Shown here: positions 44,747-53,868 of the stretch, in pieces
Layout of the letters: each line of letters begins with the position of its first letter
How positions within the stretch are numbered: the stretch's first letter is position 1
IMG/VR virus record: IMGVR_UViG_3300045988_117710
From: a virus
DNA length: 64,000 nt
Strand: one strand, 5' to 3'
The notes under the pieces: generated by a model
Databases searched by the model: none
Told to the model about the DNA's origin: nothing
The model's input: only the letters and a program-made list of their open reading frames with translations
Translations under genes and position numbers: made by a program

Positions 44747-47320
44747 ATGAATAAGAAAGAGTTTCTAGATAATTATATTAAGTCTTATGCTGCTTTAGTT
44801 GAGGATATAGAGAATACTGTTAATTGTTTAGGGAAGAAGCAAGTTCTTATTGATTTAATAAAGGATGCCAAGAGGGTTAATTTATGGGATATTTGGTATC
44901 ATTTATGTCAAGTAGGGTATTATTCCGAAGATAAGAGAAAGCTTCGTGATTTTGCCTTAAATGTGGTAAATAACTGTTATGTTGATAGTCCTTCAACTCT
45001 TGATGAGAAACGTAACAATCATGAGATTGAGAATGCAATATTTAATGCTTTACGTAAGGATAAAGAAGAGTATTTTCAAGGTCTTGAGAGTCAATTGTTA
45101 GCTACGGATTCAGCTATTCTAGATAGAGTTGAAGAAGCTGTTTTGTCTGATAATTATCAACTTATCAAGAATGAGATAGTTCAGCTTGAGTCTATTGAGT
45201 CTTTGTCTGATTATTTAGAGAGTACAAAGATTCTTGAAAAGATGTCTGATAGATATTCTGAACTTAAGGTTCTTAAGGAATATGAAGATTATATGAATCT
45301 TAATCCTAAGATTGAGTTTGATGATTCTGATATGGCTTCAGTTAATTATTGGAAGGAGCAAATTAAACAAGGTAATCACAGACCAATTCTTATTAATGAT
45401 GAATTAGAAATTTTAGATGGTAATCATACTATGGTTGCTTATCAAGAGTTAGGTGTAGAACCTCCTTATGTTTACAAGGGTACTAGGTCTGATTTCTTTA
45501 AGCATGTAGCAAATACTAAACCTATTGATGCTTTAGTAGCTGTTAGAGATATGGTTGCTGATGGTTCTGCTACTTTAGTTGAGTGGGCAAACTATAGAGA
45601 TGTTACTGTTGAGGAGTTGAATAACAATAAGTGTTTGTTTATTGTTATTGATCCTACAACTGGTTATATGTCAGAGAATGAATTTGACAATCTTAAAGAA
45701 GTTTTCACTTATGTTAAACAATGTGGTGGGTTTGGTGATTTCAAGGATTTCCGTTGGTATATCAAGTCTACTTATAAAGATGGTGAATTCTATTATGTTC
45801 GTGATAGATTTGCTAAAGGTGGATGGCATTGGGAAGATTGTAATGGTGATATAGTTGGTGGATTCCAACCTAAGTCATTTAGACATACTTATACAGAGGA
45901 TTTAAAGTCTTATCCTATTACTTCTGATGCTGTTGTTAAGTTACTTACTGATGCTTTAAGAGGTTTTAATTGGTTTGTTGAGTTATATCCTGGTAATAAG
46001 AAGAAACTTAATATTATTACTCTTAAGAGTAGACGAGAAGGTAATGATAAGATTGTTGGTACTGTTAATATAGATAATCGCAATAGAAAGATTTATATTC
46101 ATTATCGTGGTGAACAATTAGAATTCCATATTCCTGATAGTTATGATAATAGTGATTACGAATATGAAGCTACTTGTAGAAGTATTGATAGGTCTATGGT
46201 AGATTTGGTTCGTGGTGCTAATGAGAAGAGAGTTTCATCTAATGAGATAGAACCAGAGGAAGAAGTTGATGATTTCACAGGTATTCGTCAAGATGAAGAT
46301 GGTGTTTATTATCACTATCAAGATGGTGTTCGTGGGGAAGTTGCTAGTGATGATGATTTGAAGGAAGCTCAAAGACTTAATGAAGCTGACTTATTAGATA
46401 TTCTTAATAAAGCAAAGTCAGAAACTCCAAAGAGAGTTAGACGTTCTCAATCTTTATATTCTGAATATTCTGGTCTTGATTCTGATGGTACTATTATGTT
46501 CCATACAGATTCTCAAACTAGATCTGTTCATGATGGTCATGATGAGTTTATATTCTATGAAGGTTTCTTTGATTTATTAGATAAGGTTGATGCTGGTGAC
46601 CACATTACTCCAGAAGATGTACTAGAGATTATTACAGGTGATGTTATGATTCGTTGTACTTGTGAAGACTTCTTGTATGGTGGTTTTGCTTATATGTCTT
46701 GGAATAATGGTTATGGGCTTCAGAAAGAGTTGAGAGCTCCAGATGTTCGTAATCCTAATCGTGAGGGTAGTGCTTGTAAGCATTGTCTATCTGTTCTTAA
46801 TCTAATCAATCAGTCCAATACTTTATTTGATAAGATTGCTAAAGATTTAGATGCTTTATTTCAACGTTATAAGAAGTTAGCAAAGTCTAAACCTAAGAAG
46901 GAGTCACAAGTTCTTACTGAAGTTTCTGAACTTCATGGAGATTTAGATCCTTATGATTTGGCTGATAACTTACTTAGACTTTCTTCTGATATAGAGGTTC
47001 TTTATAGCAATTATGATAAAGACAATTCTGGTGTTAATGATAGAAATAGTATTATTCAATCTTTAGATGATATTAGAGATTTTGTAGTTAACAAGTTTGG
47101 TATGATGGGAGATACAACTGGTATGGTTTATGAATCAACTAGTGATGCAACTCCTCAAGGTGTTTTACAATCTTTAGATGATATTTATAAAGAGATTGAA
47201 GATTTATATAAGCAAGAGCAGGAAGTTGTTCCTACTGCGACTAAGAATGACCATTTAGCTTCTATTAAGAAGATTAAAGGTTTCTTTACAAAGAAGTTCA
47301 GTGAAAGTAAGAAAATATAG
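44747..47320 (+). CDS. large protein with ParB/Srx-like nuclease domain and SWIM-type zinc finger
   Basis: ParB-like ILINDELEILDGNHTMVAYQELG. SWIM CxC-Xn-CxH (RCTCEDF...ACKHC). 857 aa. Confidence 0.45.
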   Translation: MNKKEFLDNYIKSYAALVEDIENTVNCLGKKQVLIDLIKDAKRVNLWDIWYHLCQVGYYSEDKRKLRDFALNVVNNCYVDSPSTLDEKRNNHEIENAIFNALRKDKEEYFQGLESQLLATDSAILDRVEEAVLSDNYQLIKNEIVQLESIESLSDYLESTKILEKMSDRYSELKVLKEYEDYMNLNPKIEFDDSDMASVNYWKEQIKQGNHRPILINDELEILDGNHTMVAYQELGVEPPYVYKGTRSDFFKHVANTKPIDALVAVRDMVADGSATLVEWANYRDVTVEELNNNKCLFIVIDPTTGYMSENEFDNLKEVFTYVKQCGGFGDFKDFRWYIKSTYKDGEFYYVRDRFAKGGWHWEDCNGDIVGGFQPKSFRHTYTEDLKSYPITSDAVVKLLTDALRGFNWFVELYPGNKKKLNIITLKSRREGNDKIVGTVNIDNRNRKIYIHYRGEQLEFHIPDSYDNSDYEYEATCRSIDRSMVDLVRGANEKRVSSNEIEPEEEVDDFTGIRQDEDGVYYHYQDGVRGEVASDDDLKEAQRLNEADLLDILNKAKSETPKRVRRSQSLYSEYSGLDSDGTIMFHTDSQTRSVHDGHDEFIFYEGFFDLLDKVDAGDHITPEDVLEIITGDVMIRCTCEDFLYGGFAYMSWNNGYGLQKELRAPDVRNPNREGSACKHCLSVLNLINQSNTLFDKIAKDLDALFQRYKKLAKSKPKKESQVLTEVSELHGDLDPYDLADNLLRLSSDIEVLYSNYDKDNSGVNDRNSIIQSLDDIRDFVVNKFGMMGDTTGMVYESTSDATPQGVLQSLDDIYKEIEDLYKQEQEVVPTATKNDHLASIKKIKGFFTKKFSESKKI

Positions 47321-47342
47321 TTACTTTGTTGGAACTATTTGT

Positions 47343-47361
47343 ATATTATATTAGTAATAGA
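47343..47361 (+). promoter_or_regulatory. class-B promoter-like motif TATATTATATTAGTAATAG
   Basis: Before the RBS TAGGAG of the gene at 47377. Confidence 0.35.
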
Positions 47362-47376
47362 TTTTAGGAGATTAAA

Positions 47377-47907
47377 ATGAGAGCATTATTTAAACCTGAA
47401 GATGGTAATGTATTGCTTGTTAGAGATGCTGATATTAATGAGTCTACATTACTTCGTAATTTTTGTAACAAAGTTAAGAATGGTGCTGTTATAGAAGTTC
47501 AAGAAAGAAATACTGGAGTAAATGATTTACTTACTGGTTTAGTGTTTACTGTTACTGAAGCAGAAACTCCTGTTGATGTTCCTTCTTATATTTCTATTGT
47601 TAGTACTGTTGTAAATAAGACTACTGAGTTACCATTATTTAGTATTGATTTCAAACCTGAAAATGCAAACTATTTACAATTTAAAGTTGATATTAGTAAG
47701 TGGGCACTTCTTAAGTATGATTTAGAAGCATTAGGATTAACTAATGTAACTCTTACTTCAGAAGGAAATATTATTGCTAGTAACGATAGTTTAGATATTG
47801 TTAGAGGTGTTATCACTGTTCCTAAGGGATTATTCCAATATGTTAACAAGTTAGATGCAAGTGTTAATAACTTTAGTGATATAACTGAAATCGTGTTAGG
47901 AGACTAA
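47377..47907 (+). CDS. hypothetical protein
   Basis: 176 aa. Confidence 0.45.
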   Translation: MRALFKPEDGNVLLVRDADINESTLLRNFCNKVKNGAVIEVQERNTGVNDLLTGLVFTVTEAETPVDVPSYISIVSTVVNKTTELPLFSIDFKPENANYLQFKVDISKWALLKYDLEALGLTNVTLTSEGNIIASNDSLDIVRGVITVPKGLFQYVNKLDASVNNFSDITEIVLGD

Positions 47908-47908
47908 T

Positions 47909-48232
47909 ATGAATTATGTTAATGAGGTTTTTGAAGCAGTATCTGGTGTTGATGTAATAACTGAAGAAATCAATGAATCTTATTTAGAGTATATTGCTAC
48001 TAAGTTAAATACTCTTTATAGTGATAGTGGTATATCTGTAGTTTTAGAAGGTGATTCTATCTTCTTAAACTTCCAAGGTGTTGATTTATTTGATTTAGAA
48101 CAATGTCTAATTTGGTTATTCAAATATAGAGATGAAGCTGAAGAAAGAATAGAGGATATTGGTGATTATTCTGGTGACTTTGAAGTTAGAGGTTGCGAGA
48201 GTGGTCTTGAAGTAATTGCAAAGAGATTATAG
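47909..48232 (+). CDS. hypothetical acidic protein
   Basis: 107 aa. Start overlaps the upstream stop. Confidence 0.45.
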   Translation: MNYVNEVFEAVSGVDVITEEINESYLEYIATKLNTLYSDSGISVVLEGDSIFLNFQGVDLFDLEQCLIWLFKYRDEAEERIEDIGDYSGDFEVRGCESGLEVIAKRL

Positions 48233-48254
48233 TATCTCAATAATGTGTGATTCT

Positions 48255-48291
48255 TATGCTAAGGATTTTGTATTAATCCTTAGCATTTTTT
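48255..48291. terminator. intrinsic terminator
   Basis: 12-bp stem atgctaaggatt/aatccttagcat, then T6. Confidence 0.65.
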
Positions 48292-48292
48292 G

Positions 48293-48310
48293 TATATTTA
48301 TATAGTAAGA
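48293..48310 (+). promoter_or_regulatory. class-B promoter-like motif TATATTTATATAGTAAGA
   Basis: Directly after the terminator; upstream of the gene at 48323. Confidence 0.35.
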
Positions 48311-48322
48311 CAGGAGTGGATT

Positions 48323-48859
48323 ATGCATTCAGATTTTGAAAATTTGGTAGTACATAATGACACTGAAATATTTAGAGATGTTTCACCGGAAGGTCGTAAT
48401 GTAGTTATCAAGATAATAAAGATTATACAAAGTGTTTATGGTGAAGATGGTGTTTATCCTTTGAGTGAGTTTTCATTCGGGTTTATTGAAGATGATTTCC
48501 TAATATTTGATAGAAATTCAGTTTATATAAAAGATGTTCCTGTTAGTACTTTTTCTGAAAGTGAGATTGAGTGGATTCTTTCCAATTTGAATATATTTAA
48601 TCCAGAAGCAGGTTTTATACCAACTAATTATCCTGTTGTTAGTTTTACTCATTTACGTGATGAGGAGTATTTAGTTTGGAGAGTTCCTAATTCTACTCCA
48701 GTATTGTTAGGTTCTATTCTTTATAATATTTCTAGTGATATTGAGGACTTGTTTGTGTTTCATCCTAGAACAGATGGTTTAATTATTACAGATGATGAGT
48801 TAGAAGAAATTCAAGCTTTTATTAAGGAGGTAAGTAATGAAAAGATTAATGGAGAATAG
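48323..48859 (+). CDS. hypothetical protein
   Basis: Start ATG 48323 after CAGGAGTGG (the track ORF starts inside the promoter). Confidence 0.45.
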   Translation: MHSDFENLVVHNDTEIFRDVSPEGRNVVIKIIKIIQSVYGEDGVYPLSEFSFGFIEDDFLIFDRNSVYIKDVPVSTFSESEIEWILSNLNIFNPEAGFIPTNYPVVSFTHLRDEEYLVWRVPNSTPVLLGSILYNISSDIEDLFVFHPRTDGLIITDDELEEIQAFIKEVSNEKINGE

Positions 48860-49658
48860 TGCATATCTTCCTGGTGAGAAGGAAGCAATGGATGCTTTAG
48901 ACCATTTTGAACGTGAGTCTCTTCCTACAGCTCTTGAGAATGCAATACCTGGTTCTGCTGAGCAATTGTTTATATCAGGTGTAATTACTTTTGAAAGTGA
49001 TGTTCCTGTTATAACTGGTGAAGAGAATATTGAGAAGGCAAAGAAGGTCTTAGTAGATGCTTTTAAGGTTGCACCTGATAAGGTTACTTTCAAAGGTTTA
49101 GAGAGAAACAAATTAAGAAAGACTAGTTATGATAGAGTTTATTCTGATGGATATCAACCTTACAGAACTGTTGATGTTCTAGTATTTCATGTAGATTGGC
49201 ATGATACTACTGAACCTGATTTAGTTACTTATAGGGATTATATTAGAGATCATATGAAGAGTCAGGGAATTGTTTGGGAGAGGGTTGTTCTAGAGAGTCT
49301 TTATAGTAAGACTAGAGATAGAACTGAACAATTCTTATTTGATGTTTTTGTTGGTAATAAGTATGGTACAATGAAATGGCCATGTATTGCTGATTGGGAT
49401 ATGACTAAGGATTCTATTGAGTTAGCTTTTGATTATCGTCAAGATATTGATAATAAGGTAGCTTATACTACACGTCAGTCTGTAGAGAAGAGATTAGATA
49501 ATTTCATGATGAATGAGTTTACTAAACTTTATAATAAGGAGTTGAATACTAAAGCTTGGTATACTATTACTCCTGCTGGAGTAGATGACGATGGTTCTGG
49601 TATTGTTATTTATTCATATGATATTAATAGTTTCAATAGTAAGAGAAAGGATTTGTAA
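48837..49658 (+). CDS. hypothetical protein (273 aa)
   Basis: Overlaps the upstream gene. Confidence 0.45.
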   Translation: MKRLMENSAYLPGEKEAMDALDHFERESLPTALENAIPGSAEQLFISGVITFESDVPVITGEENIEKAKKVLVDAFKVAPDKVTFKGLERNKLRKTSYDRVYSDGYQPYRTVDVLVFHVDWHDTTEPDLVTYRDYIRDHMKSQGIVWERVVLESLYSKTRDRTEQFLFDVFVGNKYGTMKWPCIADWDMTKDSIELAFDYRQDIDNKVAYTTRQSVEKRLDNFMMNEFTKLYNKELNTKAWYTITPAGVDDDGSGIVIYSYDINSFNSKRKDL

Positions 49659-49659
49659 T

Positions 49660-49669
49660 TTCGTATAAT
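49660..49669 (+). promoter_or_regulatory. class-A promoter-like motif TTCGTATAAT
   Basis: 2 nt after the stop of 48837..49658. Confidence 0.45.
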
Positions 49670-49691
49670 ATGAGAAAGAGAGGTGGCTTAT

Positions 49692-49901
49692 ATGAAATTT
49701 ACTTTATATACTCAATTTACCAATCTAGAGGATTTTAAGAATGGTTTACCTATTAACTGTTCCCCATCACCTCGTTCAGATCATGATGTTTTATTTACAG
49801 TTGATTTGAAGAAGGTTAATATTCTGACCAATCAGTCAGGAATCTATATTGAAAGGATGACCTTTAAGAAGAAGTTGAAAAGGTTATTTAAGAAGAGGTG
49901 A
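49692..49901 (+). CDS. hypothetical small basic protein
   Basis: ATG 49692 after GAGAGGTGG. Confidence 0.4.
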   Translation: MKFTLYTQFTNLEDFKNGLPINCSPSPRSDHDVLFTVDLKKVNILTNQSGIYIERMTFKKKLKRLFKKR

Positions 49902-49908
49902 GATTTAG

Positions 49909-50337
49909 ATGGATAATAATCAAGATTTAATTATTGGTTTAGTTGAGAAATTAGTTAATCATTGTTCTGATATTTATAAGGATTTAGAGAGTTATATTGA
50001 TAGTATTGATAATATTTCTTTACCTTCTTATGAAGATTTGATAGATGCAGAGTTCTTTTTCAAGGAGTATTCAAAGTATACTACTAGGTCTGATAAGAAT
50101 CATGTTTATAAGGTCAGATGTTCTAAGGTGATAGTAGATATTAATTCTCTATTGTTTGAGTTATCTAAACACAAGTTGTCTACTTTACTTAAGAAGTATA
50201 CAGATACTCTTAAGTTTCATAAAGATAAGTGTGGTGCTTATGTTAAGATTTTAGATTCTTATCAAAAGGATTTAACAGATACTCTTAATTATTTCAGTGC
50301 TGTTCATTATGCTATCACAACTCCTTATAGAGATTAG
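49909..50337 (+). CDS. hypothetical protein
   Basis: 142 aa. Confidence 0.45.
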   Translation: MDNNQDLIIGLVEKLVNHCSDIYKDLESYIDSIDNISLPSYEDLIDAEFFFKEYSKYTTRSDKNHVYKVRCSKVIVDINSLLFELSKHKLSTLLKKYTDTLKFHKDKCGAYVKILDSYQKDLTDTLNYFSAVHYAITTPYRD

Positions 50338-50339
50338 TT

Positions 50340-50347
50340 TATATATT
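50340..50347 (+). promoter_or_regulatory. class-B promoter-like motif TATATATT(TAATAGAAAG)
   Basis: Before the RBS GTGAGG of the gene at 50367. Confidence 0.4.
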
Positions 50348-50366
50348 TAATAGAAAGTGAGGTTTT

Positions 50367-50825
50367 ATGAAAACAAGTTTCGATGTAGCTGTGTCTGCTA
50401 CACATTTTATTCAAGTTAGTGTTCCTGGTATGGGAGATGTTACTTTTCCTGCAGGAGGAACTTTACAGTTATTTAATGCAAGTAAGCAAACAATTGAGTA
50501 TTTCAGAAGTTTATATGATTTAGGTTTCAAGGTTGAGATTGGTAAGGTTGTTTCTAAACCATTCATGACTTATAACTATGATGTTGGTGGTTCTTCTAAA
50601 GATTCTTTTGATAAGAAGGTTGAGGAAGAAAGAGCAAAAGCCGAAGCTCAAAAGACAACTCCTTTACAGAAAGTTTCTAATTATATAATTTCTAGAGGAG
50701 CAAACAAGGGTAAGAGAGTTTGTGATGTTCCTGTTAAGAATTTAAAAGCTGTTATGAATAGTACTACTGATGAAACTCTTAAGTCAGTAATTAATACTTA
50801 TTTGAATCTTACTAATCAGAACTAA
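50367..50825 (+). CDS. hypothetical protein, possibly head-tail joining/neck module
   Basis: Inferred only from position upstream of the sheath. Confidence 0.35.
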   Translation: MKTSFDVAVSATHFIQVSVPGMGDVTFPAGGTLQLFNASKQTIEYFRSLYDLGFKVEIGKVVSKPFMTYNYDVGGSSKDSFDKKVEEERAKAEAQKTTPLQKVSNYIISRGANKGKRVCDVPVKNLKAVMNSTTDETLKSVINTYLNLTNQN

Positions 50826-50834
50826 GGAGTTAGT

Positions 50835-51497
50835 ATGTTGACTAAGGATATGATTTCCAAGTATATAACTACTATGCTTGGTGGTAATACTGTTAAGGTT
50901 GAGTTAGATGAAGAAGACTTAGACCAAGTTATTCAACAAGCTCTAGATAAGATGAGAGCTTACTATTATGGTGTTAGATATATTCAAGTTAATGGTGTTA
51001 ATCCTATTGATTTATCTTCTCATAATATTATTGATATTGTTGGTATTTATCAAACTGGTTCTAATGGTATTACTCAATTACAATCACAAATGTTTCTGAA
51101 TCCTGGAGTGTTTGTGTACAATAGTGATTATAAAGATAATTATATAGCTTATTTAGAGTATGCGAAGTTAGCAAGTACTTATCAAGCAACAAACAATTTA
51201 ACTTGGAAGTATGATTCACTAACTGGTTTACTTTATTTAAGTAAAGCACAAGAGTGTGTTCTTAAGTGTAGAGTTAAGGTTATGACTCCTTCTGATATTG
51301 AAGAGGATTCTAAATGGTATGCTTGGATGAAGGATTATTCTTTAGCTTTAGCAAAAGTTTTAGTTGGTAGAAAGAGAAGTAAGTATACTTTATCTAATGC
51401 ACAATATCAATTAGATGGTGATCGTTTGGTTCAAGAAGGTTTAGCTGATATTGCTAGATTAGAAGAGGGTATGGCTGGTTCTTTCCCAATATTCTAG
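50835..51497 (+). CDS. hypothetical protein, possibly neck/tail completion module
   Basis: Position only. Confidence 0.35.
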   Translation: MLTKDMISKYITTMLGGNTVKVELDEEDLDQVIQQALDKMRAYYYGVRYIQVNGVNPIDLSSHNIIDIVGIYQTGSNGITQLQSQMFLNPGVFVYNSDYKDNYIAYLEYAKLASTYQATNNLTWKYDSLTGLLYLSKAQECVLKCRVKVMTPSDIEEDSKWYAWMKDYSLALAKVLVGRKRSKYTLSNAQYQLDGDRLVQEGLADIARLEEGMAGSFPIF

Positions 51498-51506
51498 GAG
51501 GATAAT

Positions 51507-51899
51507 ATGAAGTCATTTGTTTTAGCTGATTTAAGTAGGGATTTTACAATTACTATTGCAAAGAAAGAATTCTCTTTAAAGAAGGGAATGTCTTATCGTT
51601 TTAACTTTGCTAGTAAGAGTGATGTAAAAGAAGTTCTTAAATGTTTAGCAAAGAATAAAGGTTTATTTAGATATTTAGAAACTACTTCTTTTGTTAATTG
51701 TGTTCAAACATTTAGTTTGGCAAAGGAGAGAGCTGCTGTTGAAAGTACTAAGCTTTCTACTAATTTCAAGAGTGGTAAGAAGAAGTCTAGTTTAGAGAAA
51801 GTTAAGGTTGATAAAGAAGAGTCTGAAGAAGTTGAAGAGGGTAGAGGTTTCTCACCTGAAGATGTTTCTTTAGATGTTGTTGAGGATCTTTCAGAGTAG
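51507..51899 (+). CDS. hypothetical protein
   Basis: RBS TAGGAGG. Confidence 0.4.
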   Translation: MKSFVLADLSRDFTITIAKKEFSLKKGMSYRFNFASKSDVKEVLKCLAKNKGLFRYLETTSFVNCVQTFSLAKERAAVESTKLSTNFKSGKKKSSLEKVKVDKEESEEVEEGRGFSPEDVSLDVVEDLSE

Positions 51900-51911
51900 T
51901 AAGGAGGTCTT

Positions 51912-52439
51912 ATGATTCCATCTGTAGATGAATTAAGTTTCTTAAGAGAACAATTTGTTGAAGCTACTACTTTACATGGAAGATTGGCAGATTTTTATCA
52001 GATTGACCATAGTAAGTGGATAAGAACTGATCCAGATATTATTTATAAGGATCCTGTTAAGGTTTCTTATACTTTGGATGCCAATCCATCTATTAATACT
52101 ATTTCTAGATTTGGTTGGTTTACAGAGGACCAAGAGTCTTTACCTATTCTTGCTTATATTACTTTTACTGATGTCAATAATAAGCCAATTAATATTGAAG
52201 AGCAATGTTTGATAGATATTATTTCTATGATAGATGTTGCAGGTAATACTAAGGTTAATAAGTTTAAGGTTCAAAAGGTTGCAACAGATTTAGAACTTAA
52301 TCAAGCTGTTTTAAATCTTATTCCTTATCGTGAGACTCTTAAGTCTGGTGTTAGACAGTTAGAGACTGATGCTGATCCACAACTTGAGCATAAATTTACT
52401 AAACGTGATGAAGTTTGGTGTAGAGAAGTGGAGGGATAG
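51912..52439 (+). CDS. hypothetical protein
   Basis: RBS AAGGAGG. Confidence 0.4.
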   Translation: MIPSVDELSFLREQFVEATTLHGRLADFYQIDHSKWIRTDPDIIYKDPVKVSYTLDANPSINTISRFGWFTEDQESLPILAYITFTDVNNKPINIEEQCLIDIISMIDVAGNTKVNKFKVQKVATDLELNQAVLNLIPYRETLKSGVRQLETDADPQLEHKFTKRDEVWCREVEG

Positions 52440-52441
52440 TT

Positions 52442-53122
52442 ATGTGGGATGTAAATAATAACAAGATTACATTACCTCTTGCTAATGAAGATGTTAAACT
52501 TGTGCAAGAGCAAACTGGTATTCCTCATTTAGAGAGATATGATTTAGGATTACAGGATTTTCTTAAGAATTTCTTTGTTGGGGATGTAGTTATTACTCCT
52601 GTAGATAACTTTTGGGGTTTATACATTAAGACCACAGAGAATGATATTAAGTTTCCTGCAGTAAGTTTTTATCCAGTTGATTATTCTATTCCTAATACGA
52701 ATAGTTTCTCAATGCAACAGAAGGGTTTTATTATGGATAAAGCTCTTACTGTTAAGGATCCATTAACACATGATGATAAGGGTTCGACTATTCTTATGTC
52801 GAAGTTTGCAAGGTCTCTTAATGTTGATATTTCATATAATATCAATGTTTGGGCTCTTAATCGTTCTGATGCACTTCAACTTACTCAAGAGTTAATGTTT
52901 CCATTGTTTAATCATAGGGAGTTCCCTATTTCTTATTATGATGAGATTCATAATGTTTCTTTTGATATAAGAGACTCTGTAACAGATAATTCTCGTTTTG
53001 GTATGACACAGAGTTCAGATGTTGTTTATAGATATTCTTTTGATATTGTTGTCCATGCTGCTATTTATGATAGTAAGAATTACCAAAATGTTGTTAAACC
53101 TAAATCTTCAGTTATAGAATAA
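52442..53122 (+). CDS. hypothetical protein
   Basis: Coupled to the upstream gene. Confidence 0.4.
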   Translation: MWDVNNNKITLPLANEDVKLVQEQTGIPHLERYDLGLQDFLKNFFVGDVVITPVDNFWGLYIKTTENDIKFPAVSFYPVDYSIPNTNSFSMQQKGFIMDKALTVKDPLTHDDKGSTILMSKFARSLNVDISYNINVWALNRSDALQLTQELMFPLFNHREFPISYYDEIHNVSFDIRDSVTDNSRFGMTQSSDVVYRYSFDIVVHAAIYDSKNYQNVVKPKSSVIE

Positions 53123-53151
53123 TAGGTTTTATGTTATAATAGGTGTGAGGT

Positions 53152-53868
53152 ATGGTAGTTGTATATGGTGTTAATAACAAGTGGAGTGATTATGTACTTG
53201 TTTCGATTAAGTCTTTAGTTACTAATAATGATGTCAGTAAGATTTATCTTTTAGTTGAAGACTTTATTGATACTAGTATGTTTTCTTCTATTGATATTGA
53301 ACAGATTAGATATGTTGATGCCTTGTCAACATATATCAATTCTACCAATAAGAATACTTTCTTTAGTGAAGCTTGTATGGTTCGTTTATTGCTTCCAAAG
53401 CTTCTGAAGGAAGATAAGGTTCTATGGTTAGATTCTGATACTATTGTTGATGGAAGTATTGAGGGGTTGTGGAATATAGATTTGAGTAACTATTATGTAG
53501 CAGGTTATCCAGATTCTGGTATGGATAGTTATTCTGGTTATAGTCGTGAGGGTGAGTCATTAGATTTGTATATTAATAGTGGAGTGTTACTTATGAATCT
53601 TTCATTGATTAGAGAGTGTTCTGTTGATGATGAGATGTTTAGGTTGATTAACTCTTATGAGTATTTATATCCAGATCAGGATGTTATTAATGTTTCTTGT
53701 AGAGACAAGATTTATCCGATTTCGATTATTTACAATTATTTTGATTTCAATAGAAATATTGATAATATAGTCATTTATCATTGGGCTGCTCAAGATAAGA
53801 GTAATTGGGTATATGATTTACCTTTTGGTGATAAATGGATTAAGTATAAGGAGATGTTATATGAATAG
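53152..53868 (+). CDS. family GT8 glycosyltransferase (LPS alpha-1,3-galactosyl/glucosyltransferase-like)
   Basis: GT8 N-terminal Rossmann region, DxD motif LWLDSDTIV, and YINSGVLLMNL. Confidence 0.65.
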   Translation: MVVVYGVNNKWSDYVLVSIKSLVTNNDVSKIYLLVEDFIDTSMFSSIDIEQIRYVDALSTYINSTNKNTFFSEACMVRLLLPKLLKEDKVLWLDSDTIVDGSIEGLWNIDLSNYYVAGYPDSGMDSYSGYSREGESLDLYINSGVLLMNLSLIRECSVDDEMFRLINSYEYLYPDQDVINVSCRDKIYPISIIYNYFDFNRNIDNIVIYHWAAQDKSNWVYDLPFGDKWIKYKEMLYE

